Positions 29,972-40,066 of a stretch of 64,000 nucleotides of DNA are shown here, one piece after another. A program made the position numbers and the translations under genes. Numbering within the stretch: the stretch's first letter is position 1; every line of letters begins with the position of its first letter. The notes beneath the pieces are model-generated. The model saw only the letters and a list, made by a program, of their open reading frames with translations, searched no databases and was not told the origin of the DNA. This stretch comes from an uncultured bacterium (lineage in GTDB: Bacteria; Babelota; Babeliae; Babelales; Babelaceae), in assembly GCA_963819815.1 (NCBI GenBank), contig CAWFXL010000001.1, forward strand, positions 1,280,001-1,344,000. The letters run 5' to 3'.

Positions 29972-31915
29972 ATGTGCGGCCTGATCTTTTGTATCATTAT
30001 TCTCTCAAATAAAATAAAGCAATTTCTTGTAACTCGATCTACAGGTGAGTATTCTGTAACTCCTAGTGTGAAGTCTTATGTCTGTAGCAAACTACACCCA
30101 CTTGTAGGTGTATTCTTGCTTGTTTGCTTACCACTTTCAGGTTCTGCGATGGTGCTCGATAGACAGACACCTCAGAATGAGAATGTTGCGGTAACTACTG
30201 AGCTAGAAGCTAGTGCTGTTCAGTCCAACTATGCGCTTATGCAACCTGTACTCGTAAGTAAACTTGGAGAAGGCGAGCTTAGCGTAGCACATGATGATGC
30301 ATGTTTGGTAGCAAAGTTCTTATTGTATCTTGATCGTGCAGGGGATCGTAAGCATTATCTTCTCGATCCAGTTAAACTACAGAAACTTCTCTACTATGTG
30401 CAAGGGTATGCGTTAGCAATCTATGGCAAAACTCTTTTTGCACAGCAAATGGTTCGTCATAATCATGGTGCCTTAGAGTGGGATGTGTTTCAGCATTTTA
30501 AGGGCCAAAGTTTCATACCAGATGACCAAGTTGCCGCATTAGGATATGATGCAAGTCAATACAATCACGCGTTTAAAGCGCATGTAGGAAGTGTTTTTGA
30601 AATGAAAAAGATGTGTGAAACATGGAAGCTTGTTGAGCAGCATCACCAAGAAGCGCCATACCTTATGGCTCAACAAGGACAAGTAATAAACTCAGATTCC
30701 TTGAGAGCATTTTTTAGTGATCCAAAGGAGGTAATAAAATATTGTGTTGGTCGTTTAATAACAGCAGCAGATAGCTCAGAAATTGCCGAGCTTATCAGAT
30801 ATATGCGAGAGTATATTTCCTATGGTCAGTTTGACAAAAAGCAGCTCTTAGAAATCGAACGTTATCTGTTGAGATCAAAAGATCAACTTGAGCGGGTATA
30901 TGCGCGGTATGAAGCTTCTGCTACGATTGCGTGGCGCGGCCAAACACCGCTGCAGACACTGTTGGGCCATTTCTTTTTTCCAGTACACTGTGAGTATGGT
31001 GCTGAGCCAATAGCTTTACTACAAATACGTGAGCCAATGCAATTAAGAATTGCTCTCTCAGCATCCCATGGGCATATACTTGCGCAATCCTATTGTGTTG
31101 AAATTCTCTCTTTATATGAAACAAATTCCCCCCCTTTTATAGAGGCGGTGGTACGGTATTTTGGAGAGACAGCTGCGAGTACTCATCAACTGTGCCTTGA
31201 AAACCCTTCGGATGGTTCAATGCCTTTTTATCTGTGTGGGCTTTATTGCATGTCTCGTAATAAGCTCAGTGGAGCACTTGCTCATTTTAAAAAAGGATTT
31301 GAGAGGGGAGATCCTTGGTGCAGATACCGCTATATTCTTATGATGCGTAACGCAGAAAAAAAACGGGAAGCGATGGCACGACAACCAAACATCCAAGAGC
31401 GCAAGGCATTAGCTTTAGAAGAATTACTTCAAGCGCGTATACTAGGTGATGTTAGCTTACGCATGGCGCATTATGTAAAGGCCGGTACACAGGGTATGGC
31501 CGAAGGATATCATTCAGCAGCGATTCTTGCCCGCGCACAAGGTGATGCAGTGACTGCTCGAAACTATTTCCTACTTGCAGCAAGAAATCATCTATTAAGC
31601 GACTTTGAAGAAGAAGCTTCAGTTCTGATTTCTCAAAATTGCATCGATAAAGCGAAGGTGGTCTATGAAACTATGGCGAAAGCTGGCGATGAAGCCGGAT
31701 TAATGCGTCTTGCAGCACTCTATATGAGAAATGAATGTATAGATGAAGCAAACAAGTTCTATGAAAAAGCTGGGTTGCGAGGATTGGAACAGATGGTCAT
31801 TAATGCAGTTCCTTGTAGTGAAGAGTTCATTCGATTGTCTGCGCGATGCCACACGTATAAACAAGATAGATTTAATGAACTGTTAACTCTTAGTAAAGGA
31901 GATCGGATCTCATGA
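29972..31915 (+). CDS. Panacea (SocA/DUF4065) domain fused to Sel1/TPR-like repeats
   Basis: VAKFLL..KLQKLLYYVQGYALAIYGKTLF..HG; C-terminal ARNYFLLAA and ANKFYEKAG repeats. Confidence 0.8.
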   Translation: MCGLIFCIIILSNKIKQFLVTRSTGEYSVTPSVKSYVCSKLHPLVGVFLLVCLPLSGSAMVLDRQTPQNENVAVTTELEASAVQSNYALMQPVLVSKLGEGELSVAHDDACLVAKFLLYLDRAGDRKHYLLDPVKLQKLLYYVQGYALAIYGKTLFAQQMVRHNHGALEWDVFQHFKGQSFIPDDQVAALGYDASQYNHAFKAHVGSVFEMKKMCETWKLVEQHHQEAPYLMAQQGQVINSDSLRAFFSDPKEVIKYCVGRLITAADSSEIAELIRYMREYISYGQFDKKQLLEIERYLLRSKDQLERVYARYEASATIAWRGQTPLQTLLGHFFFPVHCEYGAEPIALLQIREPMQLRIALSASHGHILAQSYCVEILSLYETNSPPFIEAVVRYFGETAASTHQLCLENPSDGSMPFYLCGLYCMSRNKLSGALAHFKKGFERGDPWCRYRYILMMRNAEKKREAMARQPNIQERKALALEELLQARILGDVSLRMAHYVKAGTQGMAEGYHSAAILARAQGDAVTARNYFLLAARNHLLSDFEEEASVLISQNCIDKAKVVYETMAKAGDEAGLMRLAALYMRNECIDEANKFYEKAGLRGLEQMVINAVPCSEEFIRLSARCHTYKQDRFNELLTLSKGDRIS

Positions 31916-32655
31916 AGCTCATTACATTCATATTGAGTATTTTTTGTTTACAGCATACTGTTGCGGGTACCTTGCAACTTATAGTATTTGAACCTGGTGA
32001 ATCATCCACTGTAATTATTTCATCATCGGGTACGATGGACTATCAACCACCATGCCTCATTAATCCAAATTTCATGGCGTCCTCGGAGCTCAGAAAAAAG
32101 GAGTTTATTGGACAGGTTGTTTCTTTTCTTGTGCAGTGTGCCATTCCCACAAACAATGATAAAGTCATCATTTGTGTAACAGATTCACAAGAGCTCAGCT
32201 ATAATTGTGCCATTGATATTCATAGTGGACTCATACAGCATGGTATACAGCCAGCTATTTATTTATTGGGATCAGAAGAATTATATAGCGAGACCTATAG
32301 AGGATTTCTCAAAGACTCAGATGCTGAAGTTAGTATTATTCCTTATAATCCTGCTATTGAACCGATGAGATTATCGCCAGTTGGCTTGGAAAAATCGCAG
32401 GGATCCATGGGTAGTTTTAGCATCATACGTATCGAAGTGCCATCTGCAATGGAGAAGGTATATATTGTTTTTGCTCAGGGAAGTGTTGAACGGGTATCTG
32501 CTTACCAGGTGGCGAGTATGGCGTATGCTGCCGGTCAATCGGAAGTGCATGAAGATCTTATGGTTCAAGAGGTTGGGGAATATATGTCCCCAGTGATGAG
32601 TCTTGAAGAGGTGTATGAATCGGAAGTCCAATTAAAAGAGAGAGTGATGGTTTAG
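31912..32655 (+). CDS. Degenerate (metal-ligand-free) MBL-fold paralog of the downstream gene
   Basis: Aligns by eye to the N-terminal half of 32668-34143; ATGA overlap with the upstream gene. Confidence 0.65.
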   Translation: MKLITFILSIFCLQHTVAGTLQLIVFEPGESSTVIISSSGTMDYQPPCLINPNFMASSELRKKEFIGQVVSFLVQCAIPTNNDKVIICVTDSQELSYNCAIDIHSGLIQHGIQPAIYLLGSEELYSETYRGFLKDSDAEVSIIPYNPAIEPMRLSPVGLEKSQGSMGSFSIIRIEVPSAMEKVYIVFAQGSVERVSAYQVASMAYAAGQSEVHEDLMVQEVGEYMSPVMSLEEVYESEVQLKERVMV

Positions 32656-32667
32656 AAGTCTAAAGTA

Positions 32668-34143
32668 ATGAGGAAGGTGTTTATGAATGTACGAATACTC
32701 TTTTTAATGCTCAGTATTATTTTTGAAGTAATTGGCGGTGAGAAGAAAATTTCTGTTACTAGCTTTGATGTTGCACAGGGTAATGGTGGACTTGTGGTAT
32801 GTTATGACCCTGAGGAAAATATTTCACCATGGCTTGTAGATGCGGGATGTAATTTCCTTAAGGCGACAAAGGGCAAGGCTTATACAAAAAAAGAAACTGT
32901 GAGCGAGATTGTTGCCGCAATTGACGCTGCCTGTACGGCAACAGGCATTGATGACTTTTATATTACGGTGAGCCATCCTGATATAGATCATTATAACCTT
33001 ATTCCTGATATTGTATCTGAGTGTATGAAAAAAGGCCGTGTGCCTAAAAAAATCGTGTTGGGAGGTATAGAAGAACTCTATGGAGCGGACTTTAGAGAGT
33101 TTTTGAATGAACAGCGAGATCTGCTAAGAAAAGCGGGCGCTGAAGAGGAAGAAGTAGAAGAGTTAATTCAATTTCCAACTCAGGATGGTAATACAACAAA
33201 TATTATAGAGTTAGCAGTTGGAAAGAATCTGCGCTATGAAATTCTTCCCGCACTTCAAGCTACAACTGTACCTGAGAAGAATGCTGGCAGTCTGGTAGTG
33301 CGTGCAGTCTACGGAACCCCATCATTTACGTTTTCAGGAGATGCAACAGGTGAAACTGAACAGCATATTATGAAGCATGAGCCTGAACTGACTATCACAG
33401 CTCTTTCTTTAGGTCATCATGGAGCCTCTACAGAAGGAAGCAACAGCTTACAATGGTTACGCCGGTTACAGCCGCAAATGGTTGTGGCTAGCTCAGGCAA
33501 GTCAAGCGGGTATAGACATCCTCAGAATTTGATTGTGAATCGTGCATCGGATGAACTGCCAGCGCATAAGGGTTGCTATAGAGCCGTGTTTGCGGGTTCT
33601 GAGACTAAAGGCGCAGACGAGGCCTCCTTCAAAGGATTCTCATCAAAGACGAGTTATGGGTTTCAGGTAACAAATAAACCTGTGTATGGGACCCTAGATC
33701 AAGGAAGCCTTACCTTTGAATGGGGACTTTATGATACCGATGTTAGGTTTGTACCTACCGCACATCAACAAGAATATAGGGATCAAAAAAGCTGTGTTTT
33801 AGCAACCTTAACGAAAGTGCCTAGAAGCAACATAGTATCTCCTAAAAACTTGACACACTTGAATCTTTCAAAGCTTGGTCTAGATGATGCAAAACCGAGT
33901 GACCTCGAATTTATTACAAAGCTGTTTGTGCTGCTAACTGAACAAAGCTCTAAAGTGCTTGAAAAGTTTCTCTTACATGACAATGCTATTCATCTTCCTG
34001 AAACTATAGTAGCGCTCATAGTTCCATTTATAACTAAGGAAGATACGGTTCTTGAGTTACTTGACATGAGTGAGAACAAAGGCCTACAAGAAGAAGAGAA
34101 AAAACTTTTAAAAGAATCTGCATTTTGCACCGTTCTTGCCTAG
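32668..34143 (+). CDS. ComEC/Rec2-like MBL hydrolase with C-terminal LRRs
   Basis: FDVAQG, LVDAG, SHPDIDH, SGDA, HHGAS, YRHP; LTHLNLS, LEKFLLHDN, LELLDMSEN. Confidence 0.88.
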   Translation: MRKVFMNVRILFLMLSIIFEVIGGEKKISVTSFDVAQGNGGLVVCYDPEENISPWLVDAGCNFLKATKGKAYTKKETVSEIVAAIDAACTATGIDDFYITVSHPDIDHYNLIPDIVSECMKKGRVPKKIVLGGIEELYGADFREFLNEQRDLLRKAGAEEEEVEELIQFPTQDGNTTNIIELAVGKNLRYEILPALQATTVPEKNAGSLVVRAVYGTPSFTFSGDATGETEQHIMKHEPELTITALSLGHHGASTEGSNSLQWLRRLQPQMVVASSGKSSGYRHPQNLIVNRASDELPAHKGCYRAVFAGSETKGADEASFKGFSSKTSYGFQVTNKPVYGTLDQGSLTFEWGLYDTDVRFVPTAHQQEYRDQKSCVLATLTKVPRSNIVSPKNLTHLNLSKLGLDDAKPSDLEFITKLFVLLTEQSSKVLEKFLLHDNAIHLPETIVALIVPFITKEDTVLELLDMSENKGLQEEEKKLLKESAFCTVLA

Positions 34144-34288
34144 AAAAGAGCGTGATTGTATGATGGAGAAAAAATATTAAGCGGATGCTCGACTTTTTGA
34201 GAGAATGGTGATCTTTGCTGTCTGGAACTGTGTTGTTCATATTGGTGAATAAGCTCATCTAAAAAAAGGCTTACGACTTAGTCTTAAC

Positions 34289-35995
34289 TTAGAAATAGGC
34301 ATTAATGCCTACATACCATTCAGTTTCTTTTGGCACATTTCTTCCCGAGAATACCGTACTTGCTCCCCCAAAAACCTGAAGCCAACGCCAGAGCTCAATG
34401 AATGCCTCACCGCGTACCTTATGGCTGGTCGCGTTCGTATTTTTTCTGATAAGGTGAGCATCGAGCGGTTGCGTTACGCCAAGGCAATCGATTGCCTTGG
34501 ATGTACAAAAGTTCAGATGGTCGCATGTTTTATGGTAATTCTCATAACCAATTACGCCACCAAATCCATGACAGTTTGGCGGTGTGAAGAGCATGTCGAC
34601 ATGCAGAAGATAATAACTCCAGTGTACGTTAGCACGAACTGGTGTGCCAATATTTTTAATCTGGGCGCCTACAAAAGATGCTGCGACACATTCGCTCGCT
34701 CGAAGAACCCCATACCCTGTTATATCACCTCGTAGTGCTGCCCATCGGCAGGGTTTCCAGATTGCTTGTGCGCCAGCTTTTAACTCATAGTGACCATTAT
34801 TGCCAAGAGATGGCCTAAATACAAACTGTGGCTTATTGGAGCGTTTTGCCGTAGGCCAGCGAACTCCCGCATACCCTTCAACATAGAAACAGGGTGAAAA
34901 AAAATGACCTGTGTAGAATTCAGTATCAAGATCGCCAGCGCCTGACAGGCTTTGTGATGAAAAGGAGATGCCGCAGTTAGTAAAAATATCTTCTGCTTCT
35001 GGAGCAATACAGACAAGTACCTCCTCGACTTGAGCTTGAATGACTCGTGCTTCTTGTGTCGTTGTCGTACCTACAACGGATGGCACAATAAAGAGCATAG
35101 CTTGATGTGCCGAATCATTGCCAAGGGGAGTATACACAACAGATGAAGCAAAACGTCCCCTTCCTTGATCGGGAAGATTTGAGCCATCTGCATTAAGAAC
35201 AGGTAAGGCTTGGGCTGTTGCTTCAGGAATCGCCCAAGGCCCGAGTGGTAGTGAACCGCTGGTACTCTCAAGTGCTGATACTGGTGTACCTGATTGATTG
35301 GTAATATTTTGCTTAGAGATGCTTATGGGATTATTGGGAGGAAAGTCGGTATCTGCATAATTGACAATAGGGAGTGAGGCGGTAGGGCAGGGTTTACAGG
35401 TATAAGGTAACTTGGTAAGGAAATCAAGGCGGTAGGCAAAACTTTTTACTGCTGCACCATCAACCGTTTCTATGCGTTCTCCTAAAAACTCATCTATCGT
35501 TTCTCCGCCGAGGTCACTCATCCCATTTCCATGACTTGGTAGACGTTTAATACGGATTTTTTTTGCAGGGATTGAAGCACGTACCCCAAGCCTCCAGCAC
35601 TCATGAAAGCAGTGTTGCACATCTAGCCCTACAACGGCACCTTTTTCTTCATAGCGTATCCTCGGTCCTAGAATTGAGGTCGCTAGGAGAGGGTTGAGTG
35701 TGAATGTGCTAGCTGTTACAGTGCTATTCGCAAATGCTTCTTGGGGATTAAAGTTCGCTTTATTGAAAAAGAGCGTTGAAAGGGGAACATCACAACCATT
35801 ATGATTGTAGGCCTGTTTGGCCGACCGTTCATAACCGCCAACCCAGATATTTATGAGCCACGAGTCATTGCGCGAAATGTCAGTATAGGGTTTATTAAGT
35901 GGCCCTCTGCGCAAATCTAGGGGTGTTTCAAGTTGGCGTGCTTGTGCTGAGAAGTAGATTGCCAATACGGTACATATGCGTAGTGAGCGTGTCAT
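34289..35995 (-). CDS. Hypothetical exported, probably outer-membrane beta-barrel protein (start may be up to 36055)
   Basis: Signal peptide; alternating beta strands ending WYVGINAYF. Confidence 0.6.
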   Translation of the reverse strand: MTRSLRICTVLAIYFSAQARQLETPLDLRRGPLNKPYTDISRNDSWLINIWVGGYERSAKQAYNHNGCDVPLSTLFFNKANFNPQEAFANSTVTASTFTLNPLLATSILGPRIRYEEKGAVVGLDVQHCFHECWRLGVRASIPAKKIRIKRLPSHGNGMSDLGGETIDEFLGERIETVDGAAVKSFAYRLDFLTKLPYTCKPCPTASLPIVNYADTDFPPNNPISISKQNITNQSGTPVSALESTSGSLPLGPWAIPEATAQALPVLNADGSNLPDQGRGRFASSVVYTPLGNDSAHQAMLFIVPSVVGTTTTQEARVIQAQVEEVLVCIAPEAEDIFTNCGISFSSQSLSGAGDLDTEFYTGHFFSPCFYVEGYAGVRWPTAKRSNKPQFVFRPSLGNNGHYELKAGAQAIWKPCRWAALRGDITGYGVLRASECVAASFVGAQIKNIGTPVRANVHWSYYLLHVDMLFTPPNCHGFGGVIGYENYHKTCDHLNFCTSKAIDCLGVTQPLDAHLIRKNTNATSHKVRGEAFIELWRWLQVFGGASTVFSGRNVPKETEWYVGINAYF

Positions 35996-36164
35996 GACTG
36001 CCCTTGGTAGATCACAGATCTTCAATTGAATGCGTTCTTTTAACATTCGCTTCATTCTAGAAAATCAATTCTCTGGTGTCAAGGTTGCATGAGGCTTTTA
36101 GCAGAGTAATGCCGTTGAAGGAGCTCTTTCTGTACGTTAATTAAGATGATTAAGCAAAGAATGC

Positions 36165-36902
36165 TTACTCGTCGCTATCGTTGATCATCGACCAGATGAT
36201 AAGCCGCAGATTTTCAGGAAGGCCTCTGAATGGTTCTATATGAAAAGTGCTTGTGCTAAATGATTTTTTGGTATGACTCAATGCCTTGAGCCAGGTGTAG
36301 TAATGAAGATGCCTATGTAACTCTTTGAGGGCAGGCAAAGCTAGATCTTTCTTTTCTTCAATTTTCATCAGAGTCCCGGACGTGCCCTCTTTAAGGCTGG
36401 CAGTGAACCGTTCGTTTTGCGAAAGCTCTTCGGGGATATGGCTGAGAGAAAAATCATTTTTCGGATCTTTCGCCCGGGTAAAGAGATCATATAATACCGA
36501 TTTAATGTAGGTGTGTGTGGTTTCATTAGCAAGGAGGGTATTAAGAGTATGTGCCGCTTGAACACAGTTTTTCCCAATGATCTGATAGAGAGCCAAAGCG
36601 GTTGAACAGGCAGATGTCGCAGTTCCCTCTTGAGTACGTCCTAGGCTAAGAGGATTTTGTAAGGAATCATAGCCCTTCGGGCCAATATGAGCCGACGCCT
36701 CTCTGTTTTGAGCAAGGTCAAGTTCAGCTAGGAGCTTTAGGAGCTCTCTCTTAGACTCTGAGTTGTTCAATTTCCCCTGGGAATGTTGATACAAGGGGAC
36801 ATTGCTTTGTTGCGTCTTTTTGCTGTCTAGCGCATGTGTTCGGTTCATTAGCCCGATTAGTGCGACTGAGAGCAAAAAAAGTTTGATTGGAGTGTTTACC
36901 AT
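36165..36902 (-). CDS. Secreted hypothetical protein with C-terminal F-box-like motif
   Basis: Signal peptide; ends PFRGLPENLRLIIWSMI. Confidence 0.6.
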   Translation of the reverse strand: MVNTPIKLFLLSVALIGLMNRTHALDSKKTQQSNVPLYQHSQGKLNNSESKRELLKLLAELDLAQNREASAHIGPKGYDSLQNPLSLGRTQEGTATSACSTALALYQIIGKNCVQAAHTLNTLLANETTHTYIKSVLYDLFTRAKDPKNDFSLSHIPEELSQNERFTASLKEGTSGTLMKIEEKKDLALPALKELHRHLHYYTWLKALSHTKKSFSTSTFHIEPFRGLPENLRLIIWSMINDSDE

Positions 36903-37121
36903 AGTACCTCCCTTTTGATATTTTTGGCCACAGTAATTCTAGTATAGGAGGAAAATTAAAAAAATCAACTGCCTTGGTGGTGCTGGAGGATCGGTGGCTG
37001 CCATTTAAAGCACGCAAATCGGCTTTTTGAGCACTATTTATTGAATTTCTATTAGAAATAGCAGTAGTAATTCTTCTGGTTTTTGCTATACTTATCAAAA
37101 AGAATCCGATAGGGACCGCCC

Positions 37122-39077
37122 ATGAAACCGATTTTTAAGCTCCATGCACCATTTCCTCCTTCTGGGGACCAGCCTCAGGCTATAAAGAAGCTTGTAGAGC
37201 AACGCAATGGTATTTCTACTTTGCTGGGGGTTACTGGCTCAGGAAAAACGTTTACTGTTGCCAATGTTATTGCGCAGCAGCAGAAGCCGGTGCTTGTCTT
37301 ATCTCCCAATAAAACTTTGGCTGCTCAGCTGTATGAGGAGTTTTCACTCTTTTTCCCCGAAAATAAAGTTTGTTACTTTGTCAGCTATTATGACTATTAT
37401 AAACCAGAATCATATCTACCTGCCCAGGATGTCTATATTGCGAAGGAAACTCAGATCAACAGTGAACTCGATAGACTGAGGGTTGAAACAACAGCTTCGC
37501 TGATTAATAGACCTGATACTATTGTTATTGCTTCAGTATCCTGTATCTATGGTTTGGGTGACCCTACTGATTATCGAGATTTAGCAGTACCACTTGCAGT
37601 CGGCCAAGAGATCACTCGATCAGACCTACTAAGACAGTTGGTTTTTATTCAGTATCAACGCAATGATATCGAGAAAATGGCAGGCACTTTTCAGGTGATC
37701 GGTAATACGATAGAAGTGCAACTTCCTTATCAAAAGGAGAAGCTGCGTATTGAGCATTTTGGTAAAAAGATCGAGCGTATTCAATGGGTTGATCGTATGC
37801 ACAATACGGTTCTTATGGAGCTTGATAACACTTTGATATTTCCTGCAAAGCATTTTGTGACGACCCAGGAGAAGAAAGATCGTGCCGTCGACAGTATACA
37901 GCGAGAACTCGAGATGTGGCTTCCAGAAGTGACGAATCCTCTTTATAAAGAGCGAATAAAAGCTCGTGTGTCGCATGATATAGAGATGATACAAGAGAGA
38001 GGCCATTGCCCTGGTATTGAGAACTACTCGGCCCATTTTGAAGGACGGCTTCCGGGGGATCGTCCCTTCTGCTTATTTGATTTCTTTGGGGATGATTTTT
38101 TGCTTGTGATTGATGAATCGCATATAGCTGTGCCCCAGCTACGAGGGATGTATGCGGGTGACAGAAGCAGAAAGAAAACACTTATTGATTTTGGATTTAG
38201 GCTGCCCTCAGCTGCTGATAATAGGCCCCTCAAGTTTGAAGAGACGGAGACATTTTTTAAAGATGTGATCTTTGTTTCGGCAACACCAAGTGAATACGAA
38301 ATTCAGCATAGTCAGCCAGTGGTGGAGCAGATAATTAGACCCACGGGGCTCGTTGATCCTGAAGTGTCTATACATCCACGAGAAAATCAAATTAATCACT
38401 TAATCGCTCAAATAAAACAGACAAAAGAAAAAGGTTTCCGCTCAATTGTGACTGTACTGACTAAAAAGCTTGCAGAAGAGTTTGCACACTTTCTTGAGGA
38501 GCAGCGTATTAAAGTCTGTTATCTGCATAGTGATATTAAAACACCTGAACGTACTGAGCTTCTGCATAAGCTCCGGTTAGGAGTCTTTGATGTGATTGTG
38601 GGGGTTAACCTTCTACGAGAGGGCTTGGATCTTCCTGAAGTGGCTCTTGTAGCAATTATGGATGCTGATATAGAGAGTTTCTTGCGCGACAAGAGGTCAT
38701 TAATTCAGATAATTGGTCGCGCTGCGCGCAATACAGAATCTCAGGTTATTCTGTATGCTGATCGGGTAACCCAATCAGTAAGGGGGGCGCTTGATGAGAC
38801 TTCTCGGAGGCGTACTGCACAACTTGCCTATAATATTCAGCATGGTATCACTGCGGCCAGTGTAAAAAGGGATGTGACAAAAAGCATTTCTGGCATTCAG
38901 CAGGCAATCGCAGCTGCATCAAAGCTTAAGCCAAGAAAACAGCTTGGGAATCAAGAAGATATCGATGTTAAACTAAAAGAGCTTGAAAAGCGTATGCATA
39001 AAGCGGCTGAAAACTTTGAGTTTGAAGAGGCAATTGCTTTACGTGATGAGTGGTTTGAGCTTAAAAAGCGTCTTTAA
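37122..39077 (+). CDS. uvrB: Excinuclease ABC subunit B
   Basis: GVTGSGKT, FVSYYDYY, DESH, FGFRLPSA; C-terminal UVR domain. Confidence 0.97.
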   Translation: MKPIFKLHAPFPPSGDQPQAIKKLVEQRNGISTLLGVTGSGKTFTVANVIAQQQKPVLVLSPNKTLAAQLYEEFSLFFPENKVCYFVSYYDYYKPESYLPAQDVYIAKETQINSELDRLRVETTASLINRPDTIVIASVSCIYGLGDPTDYRDLAVPLAVGQEITRSDLLRQLVFIQYQRNDIEKMAGTFQVIGNTIEVQLPYQKEKLRIEHFGKKIERIQWVDRMHNTVLMELDNTLIFPAKHFVTTQEKKDRAVDSIQRELEMWLPEVTNPLYKERIKARVSHDIEMIQERGHCPGIENYSAHFEGRLPGDRPFCLFDFFGDDFLLVIDESHIAVPQLRGMYAGDRSRKKTLIDFGFRLPSAADNRPLKFEETETFFKDVIFVSATPSEYEIQHSQPVVEQIIRPTGLVDPEVSIHPRENQINHLIAQIKQTKEKGFRSIVTVLTKKLAEEFAHFLEEQRIKVCYLHSDIKTPERTELLHKLRLGVFDVIVGVNLLREGLDLPEVALVAIMDADIESFLRDKRSLIQIIGRAARNTESQVILYADRVTQSVRGALDETSRRRTAQLAYNIQHGITAASVKRDVTKSISGIQQAIAAASKLKPRKQLGNQEDIDVKLKELEKRMHKAAENFEFEEAIALRDEWFELKKRL

Positions 39078-39134
39078 CAAGAGAGGCCCAGGAAGCATCC
39101 TAGGCCTTATATCTTTTTGATGAGTAGAAATCTA

Positions 39135-39665
39135 CTATTCAGCTACTACAGGATAAGTTTCAGAAGCGCGTGGATACATACGTCCTTGTCGTGCGTAAGG
39201 AGCACGTTGAGTGCGTGGAGCTTCTACTTGTGGAGCCTGCATGCTAGTGGTCCGAACAACTGGTGCAGGACGAGAAGGAGCTTCTTTTGGCTCATGAGGG
39301 TGAAGTGAATATTTGCCACCTTCACTTACTACTTGACGATCTCCACCTGTGCAGGTTGCTACAACTTCTTGTAGTCGTTTGTTTTCAGCTTTGCATGCGG
39401 TAACAGCTTGGTTACATTCATCGACCAGACGGCGATTTGATTCATTCAAACGGTCTATTTCTGAAGCATTGTCCGGTTTTCCAGCAACTGATGCGAGCTG
39501 TGCAGTTCCTGCTTCAAGTTGAGTTTTAAGCTCAGCTACACGTCTTTCAGCTGAGTCTACCGCAGCTTGTTGGTTGTCGAGAGCTGCTCTTGTAGATTCA
39601 AATGATGAGTCTGCAAATACTGATGGAATAGAAAGTAATAATACTACTAATAAAGTGCGTTTCAT
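39135..39665 (-). CDS. Hypothetical secreted coiled-coil protein
   Basis: Signal peptide, heptad pattern, GGGGAG RBS. Confidence 0.7.
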   Translation of the reverse strand: MKRTLLVVLLLSIPSVFADSSFESTRAALDNQQAAVDSAERRVAELKTQLEAGTAQLASVAGKPDNASEIDRLNESNRRLVDECNQAVTACKAENKRLQEVVATCTGGDRQVVSEGGKYSLHPHEPKEAPSRPAPVVRTTSMQAPQVEAPRTQRAPYARQGRMYPRASETYPVVAE

Positions 39666-40066
39666 AGGAATCTCCCCCTTGGTTATAACGCTGATTTAAC
39701 ATATCTATTCTTAGACTACTGGTAAATGATTTGAATTTGCAATATTTTATTAAAATTTATTAATAGAAATAAATATTGTCGGGGTGAGCATGGCGATGAA
39801 TTTTGCCAGTGCATGCAAGAGATGCCTCACTCTGATCCCTCTTGTGACGATATAGCCCATTTAGTCTTATTGTGTAGTGTGTTTTGATCAATTAATTATA
39901 TAGAGAGAATGGTTTCGAAGGAGTCCTTTGGTAAGAGTCGCAGAGTTAGTTGCCCAGGAATTTCCCTTTTAAAGTCACTATAATGGCCAAAACAGGGGCC
40001 TTTTGATCTTGAGGGGATTTAGCGTAGGCTAAGAGATATACCTCCAATAATAAGGAATAAAAATCT

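Noticed and set aside
32668..34143. Competence gene comEC or an antibiotic beta-lactamase
   Set aside because: No competence membrane domain; motifs are ComEC-MBL type rather than class B beta-lactamase.
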